Assembly: GCA_964595645.1 (NCBI GenBank)
Contig: CAZQQT010000004.1
Coordinates: 96,001 to 160,000, forward strand
Source: an uncultured Thermococci archaeon
GTDB taxonomy: Archaea; Methanobacteriota_B; Thermococci; Methanofastidiosales; B48-G16
DNA length: 64,000 bases
Reading direction: 5' to 3'
This document shows positions 50,166 through 61,064 of this stretch, piece after piece. The notes beneath the pieces are model-generated. The model made no database searches, had not been told where the DNA came from, and worked only from the letters and a program-made list of their open reading frames with translations. A program made the position numbers and the translations under genes. The stretch's first letter is position 1. Each line of letters begins with the position of its first letter.

Positions 50166-51131
50166 ATGACAACAACACTTGTCACTGGTTCTGCGGGTTT
50201 TATTGGGTTCCATGTTGCGAGAGCTTTATTGGAGAAAGACGAACAAGTTGTAGGGATCGATAATGTAAACGATTATTATTCTCAGAGATTGAAGTGGGAT
50301 AGGAATTCAATATTGGAAGAATGCAATGAGTACAAGTTTTATCATGAGGATCTTTGTGATTTGAACAAATTGGAAAATATTTTTGACAAACATAGTATAG
50401 ATAGGATATGTCATCTCGCTGCGCAGGCAGGCGTACGCTACTCTGTAGAAAATCCTCACGCATATCAGAAGTCCAATTTGGAAGGATTTACTAATGTGTT
50501 GGAGATGGCAAGATATAGTGATGTAAAGAATTTTGTGTATGCTTCTTCTTCCTCCGTGTATGGCGGCAATGAAAAGATTCCTTATTCGGTCGAGGATGAC
50601 GTTACAAAACCTGTCTCGTATTACGCTGCTACAAAGGTTGCGAACGAGGTAATGGCTCATTCGTACAGTCATCTGTACGATCTACCCTGCACAGGGCTAC
50701 GGTTCTTCACTGTCTATGGACCGTGGGGGAGACCAGACATGGCTTTGTTCAAATTCACGGACAGGATCGTAAATGGAAAATCCATTGACGTGTACAACTA
50801 CGGTGATATGAAAAGGGATTTTACCTATATCGACGATATTGTAGAAGGTGTTATTTCCTCGCTAAACAAGGCGTTTGATTATGAAATATTTAATCTAGGA
50901 AACAATACTCCTATAGATTTGATGGATTTTATTGGAATGTTAGAAGATACAGTGGGGATGGAAGCTGAGAAGAACATGATGCCGATGCAGCCTGGAGATA
51001 TGAAGATCACCTACGCCGATATTTCAACATCGCAAGAAAAACTGGGGTATGAACCTAAAACTGATTTGAAAGAAGGTACCAAAAAATTTGTAGAGTGGTA
51101 TATGGATTATTATAACGTAAGGTTGAGGTGA
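50166..51131 (+). CDS. UDP-glucuronate 4-epimerase-like SDR
   Basis: HLAAQAGVRYS, YAATK, GPWGRPDMA. Confidence 0.88.
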   Translation: MTTTLVTGSAGFIGFHVARALLEKDEQVVGIDNVNDYYSQRLKWDRNSILEECNEYKFYHEDLCDLNKLENIFDKHSIDRICHLAAQAGVRYSVENPHAYQKSNLEGFTNVLEMARYSDVKNFVYASSSSVYGGNEKIPYSVEDDVTKPVSYYAATKVANEVMAHSYSHLYDLPCTGLRFFTVYGPWGRPDMALFKFTDRIVNGKSIDVYNYGDMKRDFTYIDDIVEGVISSLNKAFDYEIFNLGNNTPIDLMDFIGMLEDTVGMEAEKNMMPMQPGDMKITYADISTSQEKLGYEPKTDLKEGTKKFVEWYMDYYNVRLR

Positions 51132-51134
51132 AAG

Positions 51135-52408
51135 ATGGTATTAAAAATGAAAAAGGAAATAGAAAGAGGCGAAGCTACAGTGTGCATAGTTGGGCTGGGC
51201 TATGTCGGGTTACCCCTCGCGGAGGCATTCTCCAATCACATAAGAACTATAGGAATAGATATAGATAAGAATAAGCTAAAAACTATAGAAAAAAATAATA
51301 AAAATTTAATCTGTACCTCGGATCCTTCACTGATAAAACAAGCAGATTTTATAATTATCACGGTACCAACACCAATAACGCAATCGAAAGAACCGGATTT
51401 ATCCTATGTAAAATCTGCAGCAACGACGGTAGGAAAAAATCTCAAAAAAGGTGCAACGGTGGTATTGGAATCGACCGTGTACCCTGGTGTAACTGAAGAA
51501 ATCGTTGTTCCTATTTTGGAGTGTGAATCGGGACTTGTATGTGGAAAGGACTTTAAAGTCGGATATTCTCCCGAAAGAATTAACCCTGGCGATGAAGATC
51601 ATACCTTAGACAAAATTACAAAAATCGTAGCAGGGATCGATGAAGACACAACGGAAACGCTAGCTGAACTATATGGGCTGATTACCGATGTCTATAAAGC
51701 TAAGGACATTAAAACAGCGGAAGCGGCAAAGGTGATGAGAATATCCAACGAGAATTGAATATTGCGTTGATGAATGAGTTCTCTCTCATATTCGACAAAA
51801 TGGGCTTAGATACAGATGCCGTGTTGGATGCTGCAGCGACAAAATGGAATTTTCATTGATATAGCCCTGGACTTGTAGGAGGGCATTGTATCCCTGTAGA
51901 TCCGTATTATCTAGTATATAAAGCGAAGGAAATTGATCACCGTCCCCAGCAGCTGATCCTCGCGGGTCGTTCCATCAACGATAACATACCCAACCACGTG
52001 GCGGACATGACTATCAAGGATCTGAACGAAACGGGTAAAGTGATCAAGGATTCTAAGGTCATCGTGATGGATCTTACCTATAAAGAGAATGTAGCTGATA
52101 CGAGGAAGTCTCCAGCTAAGGATCTGATAAAAGAGCTGAAGGCCTTCGATATCGATGTTTACGGCTACGATCCTCTACTGAGTGGGGAGGAAATCAAAAC
52201 CTTTGATGTGAAACCCTTGAGCAACATCAATAATCTAGATTTTGATGTGGACAGCTTTGTTTTCACTGTTTCACACAATGAGTTCAAAGATATATCAATA
52301 AATAACTTGAAAGCTTTGACTAATACTAACCTGTTGCTCATCGATGTACGAGGAATATTTTCGAAAGATGAGTCTGAAAAAAATGGGTTCATCTATAGAA
52401 CACTGTAG
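51135..52408 (+). pseudogene. UDP-N-acetylhexosamine 6-dehydrogenase (WbpO/WecC-like) pseudogene
   Basis: GLGYVG, SPERINPG; 1-nt loss near 51736 (V-I-ENIQR); TGA at 51857-51859 before PGLVGGHCIPVDP. Confidence 0.88.
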
Positions 52409-52448
52409 GTACAGAATTACAAATGATCGAAAAGGGTGTATGAAAAAA

Positions 52449-52638
52449 CAGACGTAGTTCGTGTACAAACAGCGTCTGTTACCTGACGGCGTTCGTGTAT
52501 GAATCACCTGACGTCATTCGTAATGAAATTGGGGATAACAAACGCTGTTCGTACAAAATATTTGGATGAGTCGATAAGGATTTTTTGATGTCTGGATAAG
52601 AAATCAGTTAACGGCAATTGGATTATGAACAGCGTTTG
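52449..52638. repeat. Array of six ~15-bp motifs C(A/T)(G/A)ACGnn(G/A)TT(C/T)(G/A)T, four direct and two inverted
   Basis: Copies at 52449, 52483, 52508, 52539 (+) and 52464-52478, 52624-52638 (-). Confidence 0.65.
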
Positions 52639-52696
52639 GTGGGGTTGGTAAACATCCGTCCAATAACTTTAAAAGTTTAAGTCGTTTTCACTATGT

Positions 52697-54142
52697 GTGA
52701 CTCTTAAGCAAACCGTTAAGGACATAGGCATAATCGGAATCTCAAAGATGCTACTTTCAGTAGCAGGGATAATTTTAATCCCTTTTTTGACCAAGATCCT
52801 GGGCGAACACGATTATGGTTTGTGGGTACAGGTAAGTGCAACAATAGGCATTTTAAACCCCATCATCAGAATGGGGTTGCCCTATGCCACTGTGCGCATA
52901 TTCCCTTCAAAAGATGATATCAAAGAGATCGGTAAGGATTTCTCTGCGATAACTTTCCTTGTTCTAACCACTTCTATCTTCGCTTCCACATTGATATTTT
53001 TATTCCCTTCAATACTGGCAAATACAATATTTGAAGGACGTATTATAATCGTACAAATCCTAGCCGTATTTTTGTTCGTCCGTTCTATGGATGAACTGTT
53101 CATAACTGTATTTAGAGCTTTTAGAGAGATGAGAACCTATGCCATTTTGGAAGTGACCACCAGATATTCCGAAATAGCTCTTGCAGTGTCTTTGGTTATA
53201 ATGGGTTACGGCCTGATCGGAGCAGTACTCGCATTGGTATTTGTGAGAGGTTTATTGTTTATTGTTCTCACGATTTTAGTATCAAGAAAGTTAAAATTTA
53301 CAAGACCTAAATTCTCCAGAACGAAGGAATATCTAAACTTTGGAATACCTCTAATACCTTCCGATCTTTCAGTATGGTTGGTTAGCACTAGTGATAGACT
53401 TCTGATAGGTTTCTTTTTGGGTGCTACCTTTGTTGGTTATTATACTCCTGGCTACATGTTAGGGATGGCAATACCTGCAATGTTCACTGGAGTTCTCGTT
53501 TTTGTTTTAACGCCTGCCTTTTCAGAATATTACGAAAATAATGATTTGTCAACTATCTATGTGATAACAAGCTATTCGGTGAAGTTCTTTTTGATTATCT
53601 CTTCTCTTTATTTTATAGGTGTACTACTCTTCGGAAGACGTATTCTTGAAATATTTGCAACCCCTGCAATTGCAGAAAACGGTTACATCATAATTATTTT
53701 TACATCTATTACGGGTTTCTTTATGGGTATTTACACGCTTTTTTCAAGATATATAATATTAAAAAATCGAACAAAATTAATAGCGAGTTTTTGGATGATC
53801 GCAAGTTTCGTGAATATTTCAGGAAATATTTTGTTAATCCCACGCATCGGTATAATCGGTGCTGCAATTACAACCGTTATATCCTACTTCATACTGGTTA
53901 CATTAGCTTTAAACTTTGCATTGAAAAACTTTGATATCACAATAAAACTAGATTATATTCCAAAATTGGTTGTTTCTTCTTTTCTTACCTCGATATTCAT
54001 CTTTTTTTTAATCAATTATCTAACAATAACACCCATATACATCGACATCGTTTTGGGTTCGGGTTTTTATCTATTATCCGTTTTGATTTTTAAAATATTA
54101 AAAAAAGAAGAAATTACTTTCGTTAAGAGTATAATAGGATAA
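52697..54142 (+). CDS. Polysaccharide flippase (Wzx/AglR-like)
   Basis: LTKILG..DYG, DRLLIG.FLG...VGYY, LIP.IGIIGAA. Confidence 0.9.
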   Translation: MTLKQTVKDIGIIGISKMLLSVAGIILIPFLTKILGEHDYGLWVQVSATIGILNPIIRMGLPYATVRIFPSKDDIKEIGKDFSAITFLVLTTSIFASTLIFLFPSILANTIFEGRIIIVQILAVFLFVRSMDELFITVFRAFREMRTYAILEVTTRYSEIALAVSLVIMGYGLIGAVLALVFVRGLLFIVLTILVSRKLKFTRPKFSRTKEYLNFGIPLIPSDLSVWLVSTSDRLLIGFFLGATFVGYYTPGYMLGMAIPAMFTGVLVFVLTPAFSEYYENNDLSTIYVITSYSVKFFLIISSLYFIGVLLFGRRILEIFATPAIAENGYIIIIFTSITGFFMGIYTLFSRYIILKNRTKLIASFWMIASFVNISGNILLIPRIGIIGAAITTVISYFILVTLALNFALKNFDITIKLDYIPKLVVSSFLTSIFIFFLINYLTITPIYIDIVLGSGFYLLSVLIFKILKKEEITFVKSIIG

Positions 54143-54171
54143 TGAGATAAATTCATATCATTTTTTGATAA

Positions 54172-55317
54172 TTAAGCAATCACGTTTTTAAAAATTAAAA
54201 CTATATCTGATTGGTTTAATACAATAGGATTGTTTTTCAAACGTTCCATATTTACTCTAGATACAAAATCATCTAATCGAATATTTTCACAAATATTCCC
54301 TAAATATGGTTCCAAACCTATCTCGTTCATCATTCGGCCGATGAAGTTTAATGCCTCTACAGGAGATGAACCATCCATCAACGAATATAACTCTGATATA
54401 ATCTCCTGATAATAATCCGTACCCCTTTTGTCTATCAGTTTATCAATATTTTCTCCATTATACTTCAAAAACTCCTTCATCATTATCGCAACTGCATGCC
54501 CATGTGGTATACCACATTTAGAGGTGATTACGTAGGAACATGCATGAGGGGCTGTAGTCTTTGAGATGTTAATAGCCTTTCCGGAAAGATTAGCTCCCTG
54601 TAACATGTTTTTTCTAGCTGCTAAATCATCTGGTTTTTCATACGCTCGGGATATGTTTTCGAGTATCAATTCAATAGCTTTTTTTGCATATTCTTTAGAT
54701 TCTTCTGTCGAGTTAACACTCCAATATGATTCAATGCCCTGGCATAAAGCATCCATGCCTGTACAAGCTGTTTGATACTTAGGTAAAGTTAACGTTAATT
54801 TAGGATCCAAGACCACATAATCCGGCAATATATATTCATGAGCAACCGAATATTTTTTCCCATCCATGTAAACCACAGCAAAATGCGTAGCCTCGCTACC
54901 CGTTCCAGCAGTGGTTGGAACAGCTAGAAAGGGTAACCCGTTGGACTCGATACTTTTTTCCTTCAAAACATATTTTTCTGGATTAGACTCTTGGAAAGAA
55001 AATATGTTGATCAACTTAGCAACATCAATGGCACTCCCTCCACCTACAGCCATAACTAAATCATTATCGTTTTTATTAAATTGTTCTACCCCATTTTTTA
55101 TCTCTTCAATTTTAGGATTCGAAGAATAATCTGTGAACTCGTCGAATTCAACATCCATCTCATCTTTGATTTTTTCTAACTCCTCTTTAGCTCCATTCAT
55201 CGAAAAGGATTTTTCACCATGAACTAGAAAAACTTTTTCAGCTTCTAAGTCATCCAAAACAACTCTAGTTTTTTCGATTGCTCCATCCTCAAAGAATTCT
55301 TTAACCATATCAATCAC
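54172..55317 (-). CDS. Phosphonoacetaldehyde reductase (Fe-dependent ADH, PhpC/FomC-like)
   Basis: GGGSAID, PTTAGTGSEATHFAVVY, DALCQGIES, SKTTAPHA, PHGHAV; follows ppd in operon. Confidence 0.88.
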   Translation of the reverse strand: MIDMVKEFFEDGAIEKTRVVLDDLEAEKVFLVHGEKSFSMNGAKEELEKIKDEMDVEFDEFTDYSSNPKIEEIKNGVEQFNKNDNDLVMAVGGGSAIDVAKLINIFSFQESNPEKYVLKEKSIESNGLPFLAVPTTAGTGSEATHFAVVYMDGKKYSVAHEYILPDYVVLDPKLTLTLPKYQTACTGMDALCQGIESYWSVNSTEESKEYAKKAIELILENISRAYEKPDDLAARKNMLQGANLSGKAINISKTTAPHACSYVITSKCGIPHGHAVAIMMKEFLKYNGENIDKLIDKRGTDYYQEIISELYSLMDGSSPVEALNFIGRMMNEIGLEPYLGNICENIRLDDFVSRVNMERLKNNPIVLNQSDIVLIFKNVIA

Positions 55318-56020
55318 CTAAAAAACTTTTAGCCTTTTTCAAATCAGGTTCAGTATCTATCTCCATGCAGAAAAGATCAGAAAAATCAACACTTTGTATC
55401 TTTAATTTTTCTTTTTTCAATAAGGGATTCAAAGCGTTTTCAGCGTACACCCCTTTTTTTCCATCTTCTACAAAACTTTCCATGGACCCCATCCATCTTT
55501 TAAAATCTTCATTTTTCAAAAAATAAAATGGCATAAAACCTACTTTTCCATCTATATCTACACCTATCTCTTTTACAAATCCATCTTCTATACAAGCATT
55601 GAAATCTTTTTTTAATGATTCGTCATGATTCACGAGTCCACGGCTATACTTATCATCATATAACAGTAAATCTAAAATCCTTTTTTCGAATACTAAATCG
55701 CCGTGTAGTAACAAAATATCTTCAGGCCCGATCAATTCCTTTGCCAGATAGAGAGAATAGATATAATTTGTAGATTTGTATTCTAGATTGTGTACGTATT
55801 CGATTTTTAACTCGTTATAAACTTCTTCAACATGTTCTTTTAGTTTATCTTCAAAGGGTCCTGTTGTTATGACAATCTCCTTGATACCTTTCTCCGAAAG
55901 CAATCTTAGCTGCCTAGACAATATAGTTTCATCATTTAATTCCACCATGCATTTAGGCTTGTCATCGGTATAGTGCCCCATCCTCTTACCTTCACCTGAA
56001 TTAAGGATTATAGCCTTCAT
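55310..56020 (-). CDS. Phosphocholine/phosphonate cytidylyltransferase (LicC/PntC-like)
   Basis: ILNSGEGKRM..T...PKC, TNYIYSL, HGDL, EIDT..DL. Confidence 0.85.
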   Translation of the reverse strand: MKAIILNSGEGKRMGHYTDDKPKCMVELNDETILSRQLRLLSEKGIKEIVITTGPFEDKLKEHVEEVYNELKIEYVHNLEYKSTNYIYSLYLAKELIGPEDILLLHGDLVFEKRILDLLLYDDKYSRGLVNHDESLKKDFNACIEDGFVKEIGVDIDGKVGFMPFYFLKNEDFKRWMGSMESFVEDGKKGVYAENALNPLLKKEKLKIQSVDFSDLFCMEIDTEPDLKKAKSFLGD

Positions 56021-56029
56021 GGTCTCACT

Positions 56030-57166
56030 TTAATCCTGCAAAAAATCCATGAACATCTCTTTTCTTTCTATCGGTCCGATATCTGGCCTACCTAAATCTT
56101 TTCTAGCACCTTTTTTAACTCTAACTTCAAGAAGAGCTGGTCCTTTTGTTTTCAACAACTCCTTAATTTTCTCATCTACTTCCGATGGAGTGTTAGCTTT
56201 CATTACTTTGTTATATCCCGCTCCTTCAGCAATCTTTTGGAAATCTACAACTGGAGCAGCTGTAGGCTGACCACCTACAGAATCGTGGGCACAGTTATTT
56301 AGTATTACATGTTTAAGATTGACTGCATCATTCAAGCTTATTGTAGATAAAACTCCCATGTGCATGATCAAAGAACCGTCACCTTCAATGCATATAACCT
56401 GTTTATCTTCATTTCTTAAAGCTATCCCTAAAGCTATCTGTGAGGCGTGTCCCATCGAACCGACCATCAAAAAATCTTTCTCATGTCCTTGGTTCAATCT
56501 TCCACGTACTTCGTAAAGCTCCCTAGATATCTTACCTGTGGAAGAAACCACAAGATTTTCTCCAGTCTTCCATTCAATATTTTTTATAATCTTCTCGATC
56601 GCTTCTTCCCTAGTAATATCACAACTGATATTTTCATCCTGTTCTAAAGTATATTCTAAGAAAGTTCCTCTCTTAACAACTAATGCTCGAGGTTTTTTAT
56701 CGTCTTTCATATCCTTAACAATCTCTTCGACCAAAGCTTTAGCTTCTGATATCTTTTCAGGCAAAACAAAGTTGGGTATATCCATAGTATCCAACAGATC
56801 TCTAGTGACTTTCCCTTGTTTGATGTGCTGACAGGTATCTTTCTTACCTGGTTCACCTCTCCATCCTATCATCAAAAGAACAGGTATATTGTACACTTCT
56901 TCATCTACCAAAGACAACAGCGGATTAGTAGCATTTCCCATACCAGAATTTTGCATGTAGACCAGTGGAATTTTTCCTGTGGACAAGTAATACCCCGACG
57001 CTACACCAATTGCATTACCTTCATTCGCAGCGATAATATGATTTCCTTTAGATACGTTATCTGTGACATAGGCACAAAAACACTTCAGTAATGAATCAGG
57101 AACTCCAGTAAAAAACTCTACATCATTATCAATCAATGTAGAGAAAAATTCTCCAGGATCTAACAT
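56030..57166 (-). CDS. aepY: Phosphonopyruvate decarboxylase
   Basis: FTGVPDSLL, ANEG.A, YMQNSG.GN, GWRGEPG, VGSMGH, GDGS, DSVGGQPT, LGRP. Confidence 0.95.
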   Translation of the reverse strand: MLDPGEFFSTLIDNDVEFFTGVPDSLLKCFCAYVTDNVSKGNHIIAANEGNAIGVASGYYLSTGKIPLVYMQNSGMGNATNPLLSLVDEEVYNIPVLLMIGWRGEPGKKDTCQHIKQGKVTRDLLDTMDIPNFVLPEKISEAKALVEEIVKDMKDDKKPRALVVKRGTFLEYTLEQDENISCDITREEAIEKIIKNIEWKTGENLVVSSTGKISRELYEVRGRLNQGHEKDFLMVGSMGHASQIALGIALRNEDKQVICIEGDGSLIMHMGVLSTISLNDAVNLKHVILNNCAHDSVGGQPTAAPVVDFQKIAEGAGYNKVMKANTPSEVDEKIKELLKTKGPALLEVRVKKGARKDLGRPDIGPIERKEMFMDFLQD

Positions 57167-58468
57167 CTATTTCCCTCCAGGTATAAGAGTTAAGATGTCT
57201 CTTATACCCATACAGTACTTTTCGTCTGCTTCCTTAGCTCGATTGTGCTCCAAGATACTTTCAGCAGCTTTCTTCATAGCTGGATATGCACTACGCAGGA
57301 GATGATTGGCATAAATAACCACATTTGCTCCGGCTTCTATCAACTCTTCTTCGGTTATTTGACAATACGTGGTTGGAACCACGACAACTGGAACCTTATA
57401 CTCAAAATCTTCATACTCGTCAAAGAACGCTAAGATATCATCTGGATCATCGTCTTTGCTGTGGATCATTACAGCATCTACACCAGCATCTATGTAAGCC
57501 TCAGCCCGCTCCAAGGCATCATCTAATCCAGCATCAAGTATCAAGCTTTCTATACGAGCTATTATCATGAAATCATCAGTGACCTGTGCTTTTTTACCTT
57601 CTGATATTTTCCTCGTAAAGTTTTCTATAGTATCCTGTTTTTGCTCCACTTCTGTACCGAATAAGGAATTTCTCTTCAATCCTATCTTATCCTCTATTAT
57701 CACGGCAGAAACGCCTATTCTCTCTAGGGTTTTAACTGTGTAAACAAAATGTTCGACTTTACCGCCTGTATCCCCATCCAATATTATCGTTTTGGTCGTA
57801 ACCTCCAAGATCTCATTAATCGTATTGATCCGTGAAGTTTCATCGACTAACTCAATGTCAGGTTTTCCTTTCACTGTAGAATCACATAAACTACTTACCC
57901 ACATCCCATCGAAGCTTTCTATTTTATCCTCTTTAGGGAATTTTGTTTTCTCGGCTATCAACCCAGTTAATCCGTTATGAGCTTCTATGATGCGAACGAT
58001 GTCTTTTTTTTCTATAAGCTTTCTAAGCTTCTTCCTTCTTTCATCTGGCGTTGTTCCCAATTCTTCAATCTTTTCATCCAATTTATCTAGCGAAACATCT
58101 TTCGTATATTCAACTTCGACTAGTTCTCCTCCCCATTCCTCTAAAGTTTCTATAACTTTTTCCCTAATTTTTTGTTGAGGTCCAGTCTTCCAATCTTCTC
58201 CATGGACTACATAATCCGGCTTTAGCTCTTTCAATGTAGGGGTATAATCAAGTTCTTCTTGCCTAACTACGTTTTCAACGCCTTTGATATTTTCTATCAC
58301 TTTTTTGCGTTGATCGTACTCTAATAGAGGATAACGCTTATAGCTAGCCATTACTTCATCCGTCAAGATTCCTACTGTTACTTCCCCTAACTCCCTAGCC
58401 TTTTCTATCACGTTTATGTGGCCATGATGTATTATATCCGTTCCTATCGTAAGATAGACTTTTTTCAT
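57167..58468 (-). CDS. pepM: Phosphoenolpyruvate mutase with N-terminal HxGH cytidylyltransferase domain (Fom1-like)
   Basis: PepM signature EDKIGLKRNS (EDKx5NS), DGDTGG, IARIES; N-terminal HHGH and VHGEDW. Confidence 0.96.
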   Translation of the reverse strand: MKKVYLTIGTDIIHHGHINVIEKARELGEVTVGILTDEVMASYKRYPLLEYDQRKKVIENIKGVENVVRQEELDYTPTLKELKPDYVVHGEDWKTGPQQKIREKVIETLEEWGGELVEVEYTKDVSLDKLDEKIEELGTTPDERRKKLRKLIEKKDIVRIIEAHNGLTGLIAEKTKFPKEDKIESFDGMWVSSLCDSTVKGKPDIELVDETSRINTINEILEVTTKTIILDGDTGGKVEHFVYTVKTLERIGVSAVIIEDKIGLKRNSLFGTEVEQKQDTIENFTRKISEGKKAQVTDDFMIIARIESLILDAGLDDALERAEAYIDAGVDAVMIHSKDDDPDDILAFFDEYEDFEYKVPVVVVPTTYCQITEEELIEAGANVVIYANHLLRSAYPAMKKAAESILEHNRAKEADEKYCMGIRDILTLIPGGK

Positions 58469-58504
58469 TTTTTACCTCCTTTTATTTAATTAGACTATTA
58501 CTCT

Positions 58505-59197
58505 CTAATCAATTATTGATTCATCATCTTTATAATAAATATAATCTTTTTTAGGTGTTTTCCAGTCTTTACCATATCTATATTCGAGATATTCTTCCAC
58601 AGGACTAGGAATATTGAATTTTATACCGTAAAATTGTATTGTAGATAACTCATTAAAATATTTTGCAGGTATTGAGATGAAAATTTTAGATGACAACATA
58701 TCATGGATTTTATTTAGACTTTTAATCATTTTCCTTCTGATTTCCGGAGAAAATTTGGAAAAAAAGTGTCCCATAGCGTTAGTTAGAAAAAAGGGATATC
58801 TTATTTTAATAAATTTAGCACTTCTTTTATCTTCAACTAAATGTCTAATATAATTAATCATTGGTCCAACATAATAATCATTTACTTTCCAAAAGGTAGT
58901 TGCAGTATCATCTTTTTTATCATACAATGTTATATCGATTCTAATATCTTCATAATAAATATGTATGTGTTTTGAATAAATAACTAAATAATCACTAGGA
59001 AGTTGGTGGAGAGCCTTTTTTACTTCATTATAATTGTCACTCCAACTTCCTAAGTCAATATCATTATCCCCTTCTATTATCTTTCCATCTCTAACTGCAC
59101 CAAGTAATGTTCCAGAATCCAACCAGAAACATATATCTTCCTTATCCAAAAGCGTTCCAATTCTTTTCAAGATTTTTGAAGCTTTTTTTCCTTCCAT
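58505..59197 (-). CDS. licD: LicD family phosphotransferase
   Basis: WLDSGTLLGAVRDG...D.DID, YLEYRYG.DW..P. Confidence 0.9.
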   Translation of the reverse strand: MEGKKASKILKRIGTLLDKEDICFWLDSGTLLGAVRDGKIIEGDNDIDLGSWSDNYNEVKKALHQLPSDYLVIYSKHIHIYYEDIRIDITLYDKKDDTATTFWKVNDYYVGPMINYIRHLVEDKRSAKFIKIRYPFFLTNAMGHFFSKFSPEIRRKMIKSLNKIHDMLSSKIFISIPAKYFNELSTIQFYGIKFNIPSPVEEYLEYRYGKDWKTPKKDYIYYKDDESIID

Positions 59198-59227
59198 TCT
59201 GAATCACGTTATATAGAGGATTTATTA

Positions 59228-61006
59228 TTACGAATTCATTTTTTCAATTTTATAGGTGTAATAAAATTCATTGTCGTATACCCTATTTACTGAAGAATCA
59301 TTATTTAATTTATTATATGTTGTTTCATTAAAAAACCAGTCTTCTTCATAATCCGTAAATACTTCATAAAATAATATGCGCGTTACATCAGTATGAGTGA
59401 TATATCCAGAAAAGTTTTCTCCTACCGTCTCATGTTCCTTATATCCAAAATGTTGTGGCATTTCTTTTTCTTGTTGGCTTTGAATTCTATCCGGAACAGA
59501 ATACCTTCCATAAATAAGATGTCCCATCCTTTCTCTATCTGTCCCAAAACTCCAAATTGATTCATTCCCTTTGCTGTTTTCTAAAAACCATTCTGATCCG
59601 ACTACTTCTTGCAAAGAAACTTGATTATTAGCCTCTTTGGATATAGAGGAAGGATGTACACTAAAAACAGAAATCACTATAATAATAAAAATTAAAATAG
59701 TCAATATTATTGTTTTGGTCAATCTATTTTGAAAACTAAAGTTTATTATTATTGTGCTGATAAATATAGAAAAAAATGTAAACCATTTAAAAAGCCTATA
59801 AAAATGTACAAAATCAACAAAAAAATTCATTCCGGACCAAACTACAAAAGTTAGAAAAGATAAAATAAAAAATCCGGACAGATTTTTATTAAAAAAAACG
59901 AAGATAGTACTTTTTCTCTGTTTGACAAGTGTAAATAAGATAATCAATAACGAAAAAAATAACAGAATCATTTCCAAACCAAATCTAAACATTATTATTT
60001 GTATAGCATCTATAACTTTTACATCATACACATTCAAAGCCGCAGTATAGTATACTAAAGCAGGATTAATTGCTTCTTCAATAAATAATGAATATAAAGC
60101 TTTTCTAAATCCATGTTGTATTGTAGGAAATAAAAAATACCAATTAAACCAGAGTGAAAATAAAGCTAATACACCTTTATTTGGCAAATTTCTAAATTGG
60201 TGTTCGTCACTATATTTCAAAAAACTGCTGTGATAAATATAAAGATCGAAAATGATAAGAATTATAAAAATATAAAATGAGGATATTGGATGAGAAAAAA
60301 TCAAACCAACCATCATTATAAAAAAACAAATTAATGTATTCTTTTTCTTTTTTTCTCTGTAAATTTTGATTATTAAATATATAAGTAGAGGAAGAAATAA
60401 AAAAACCATGTTGTTTGGTTTAATATTCAAATGTACCGCCCCAAAAATCAAGAGTATTCCTAGTAAGATAGGATACTTTCTGTTTATATCATTAAAACCG
60501 TGTTTAAAAAGTATATATATCGAAGATGAAAAAAATATGTAAAAAACAATTGAAAAGAATTGAAATATTATAGTTACAGGCATCTTTGTTATCAATGCAA
60601 AATTTGTGGCAAAGACATGTAATCCGGGGTAGTAATTTTGATCGTGGACGAACCCCCTGCCCATTAGATCCTTAATACATCCTATATGAGTTATTATATC
60701 TCCTCTACTGTAAATAAAGTAACCTCTAAAAATCGGTAAGGATATAATTAAAATATTAATATATAAAATTACTCCAACCCCATACAAAAGATATTTCTTA
60801 TCATCTGAATGAATAACTACTAATGAACCAAAAATAAGAGAAATTACTATTAATAACCAAAAGTAATTTGGAAACGCGGAATATATTGATGGTTCATATG
60901 ATTCTACTTGGGGTGTAATAATAAGTATAATATCAATTAGTATTGAAGATATCAGTGCTAACAAAAGAATGAACCGGATGTGAATAGCTTTTAAATTAAT
61001 ACCCAT
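59228..61006 (-). CDS. Large polytopic membrane protein (GT-C/polymerase-like)
   Basis: More than 12 TM; GD...H and NYYPGLH loop; C-terminal ..RVYDN. Confidence 0.65.
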   Translation of the reverse strand: MGINLKAIHIRFILLLALISSILIDIILIITPQVESYEPSIYSAFPNYFWLLIVISLIFGSLVVIHSDDKKYLLYGVGVILYINILIISLPIFRGYFIYSRGDIITHIGCIKDLMGRGFVHDQNYYPGLHVFATNFALITKMPVTIIFQFFSIVFYIFFSSSIYILFKHGFNDINRKYPILLGILLIFGAVHLNIKPNNMVFLFLPLLIYLIIKIYREKKKKNTLICFFIMMVGLIFSHPISSFYIFIILIIFDLYIYHSSFLKYSDEHQFRNLPNKGVLALFSLWFNWYFLFPTIQHGFRKALYSLFIEEAINPALVYYTAALNVYDVKVIDAIQIIMFRFGLEMILLFFSLLIILFTLVKQRKSTIFVFFNKNLSGFFILSFLTFVVWSGMNFFVDFVHFYRLFKWFTFFSIFISTIIINFSFQNRLTKTIILTILIFIIIVISVFSVHPSSISKEANNQVSLQEVVGSEWFLENSKGNESIWSFGTDRERMGHLIYGRYSVPDRIQSQQEKEMPQHFGYKEHETVGENFSGYITHTDVTRILFYEVFTDYEEDWFFNETTYNKLNNDSSVNRVYDNEFYYTYKIEKMNS

Positions 61007-61064
61007 ATATACTCCTCAATTTACCAACTTTTTATAACCTTGAAGTTTTATTTTTAAAACTAAT

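Noticed and set aside
33108-51859. Three in-frame TGA codons at probable Arg positions (33108, 36412, 51857), hinting at recoding or selenocysteine
   Set aside because: Many intact genes end in TGA, the sites are not Cys positions, and two of these genes carry other lesions; simple C-to-T decay explains them
52449-52638. Possible CRISPR array or replication origin
   Set aside because: Repeats are short, degenerate and in mixed orientation; no cas genes, no ORB consensus, no adjacent cdc6
54172-58468. Fosfomycin or methylphosphonate biosynthesis
   Set aside because: No radical-SAM methyltransferase, epoxidase or MpnS-type dioxygenase in the window; context is glycan assembly
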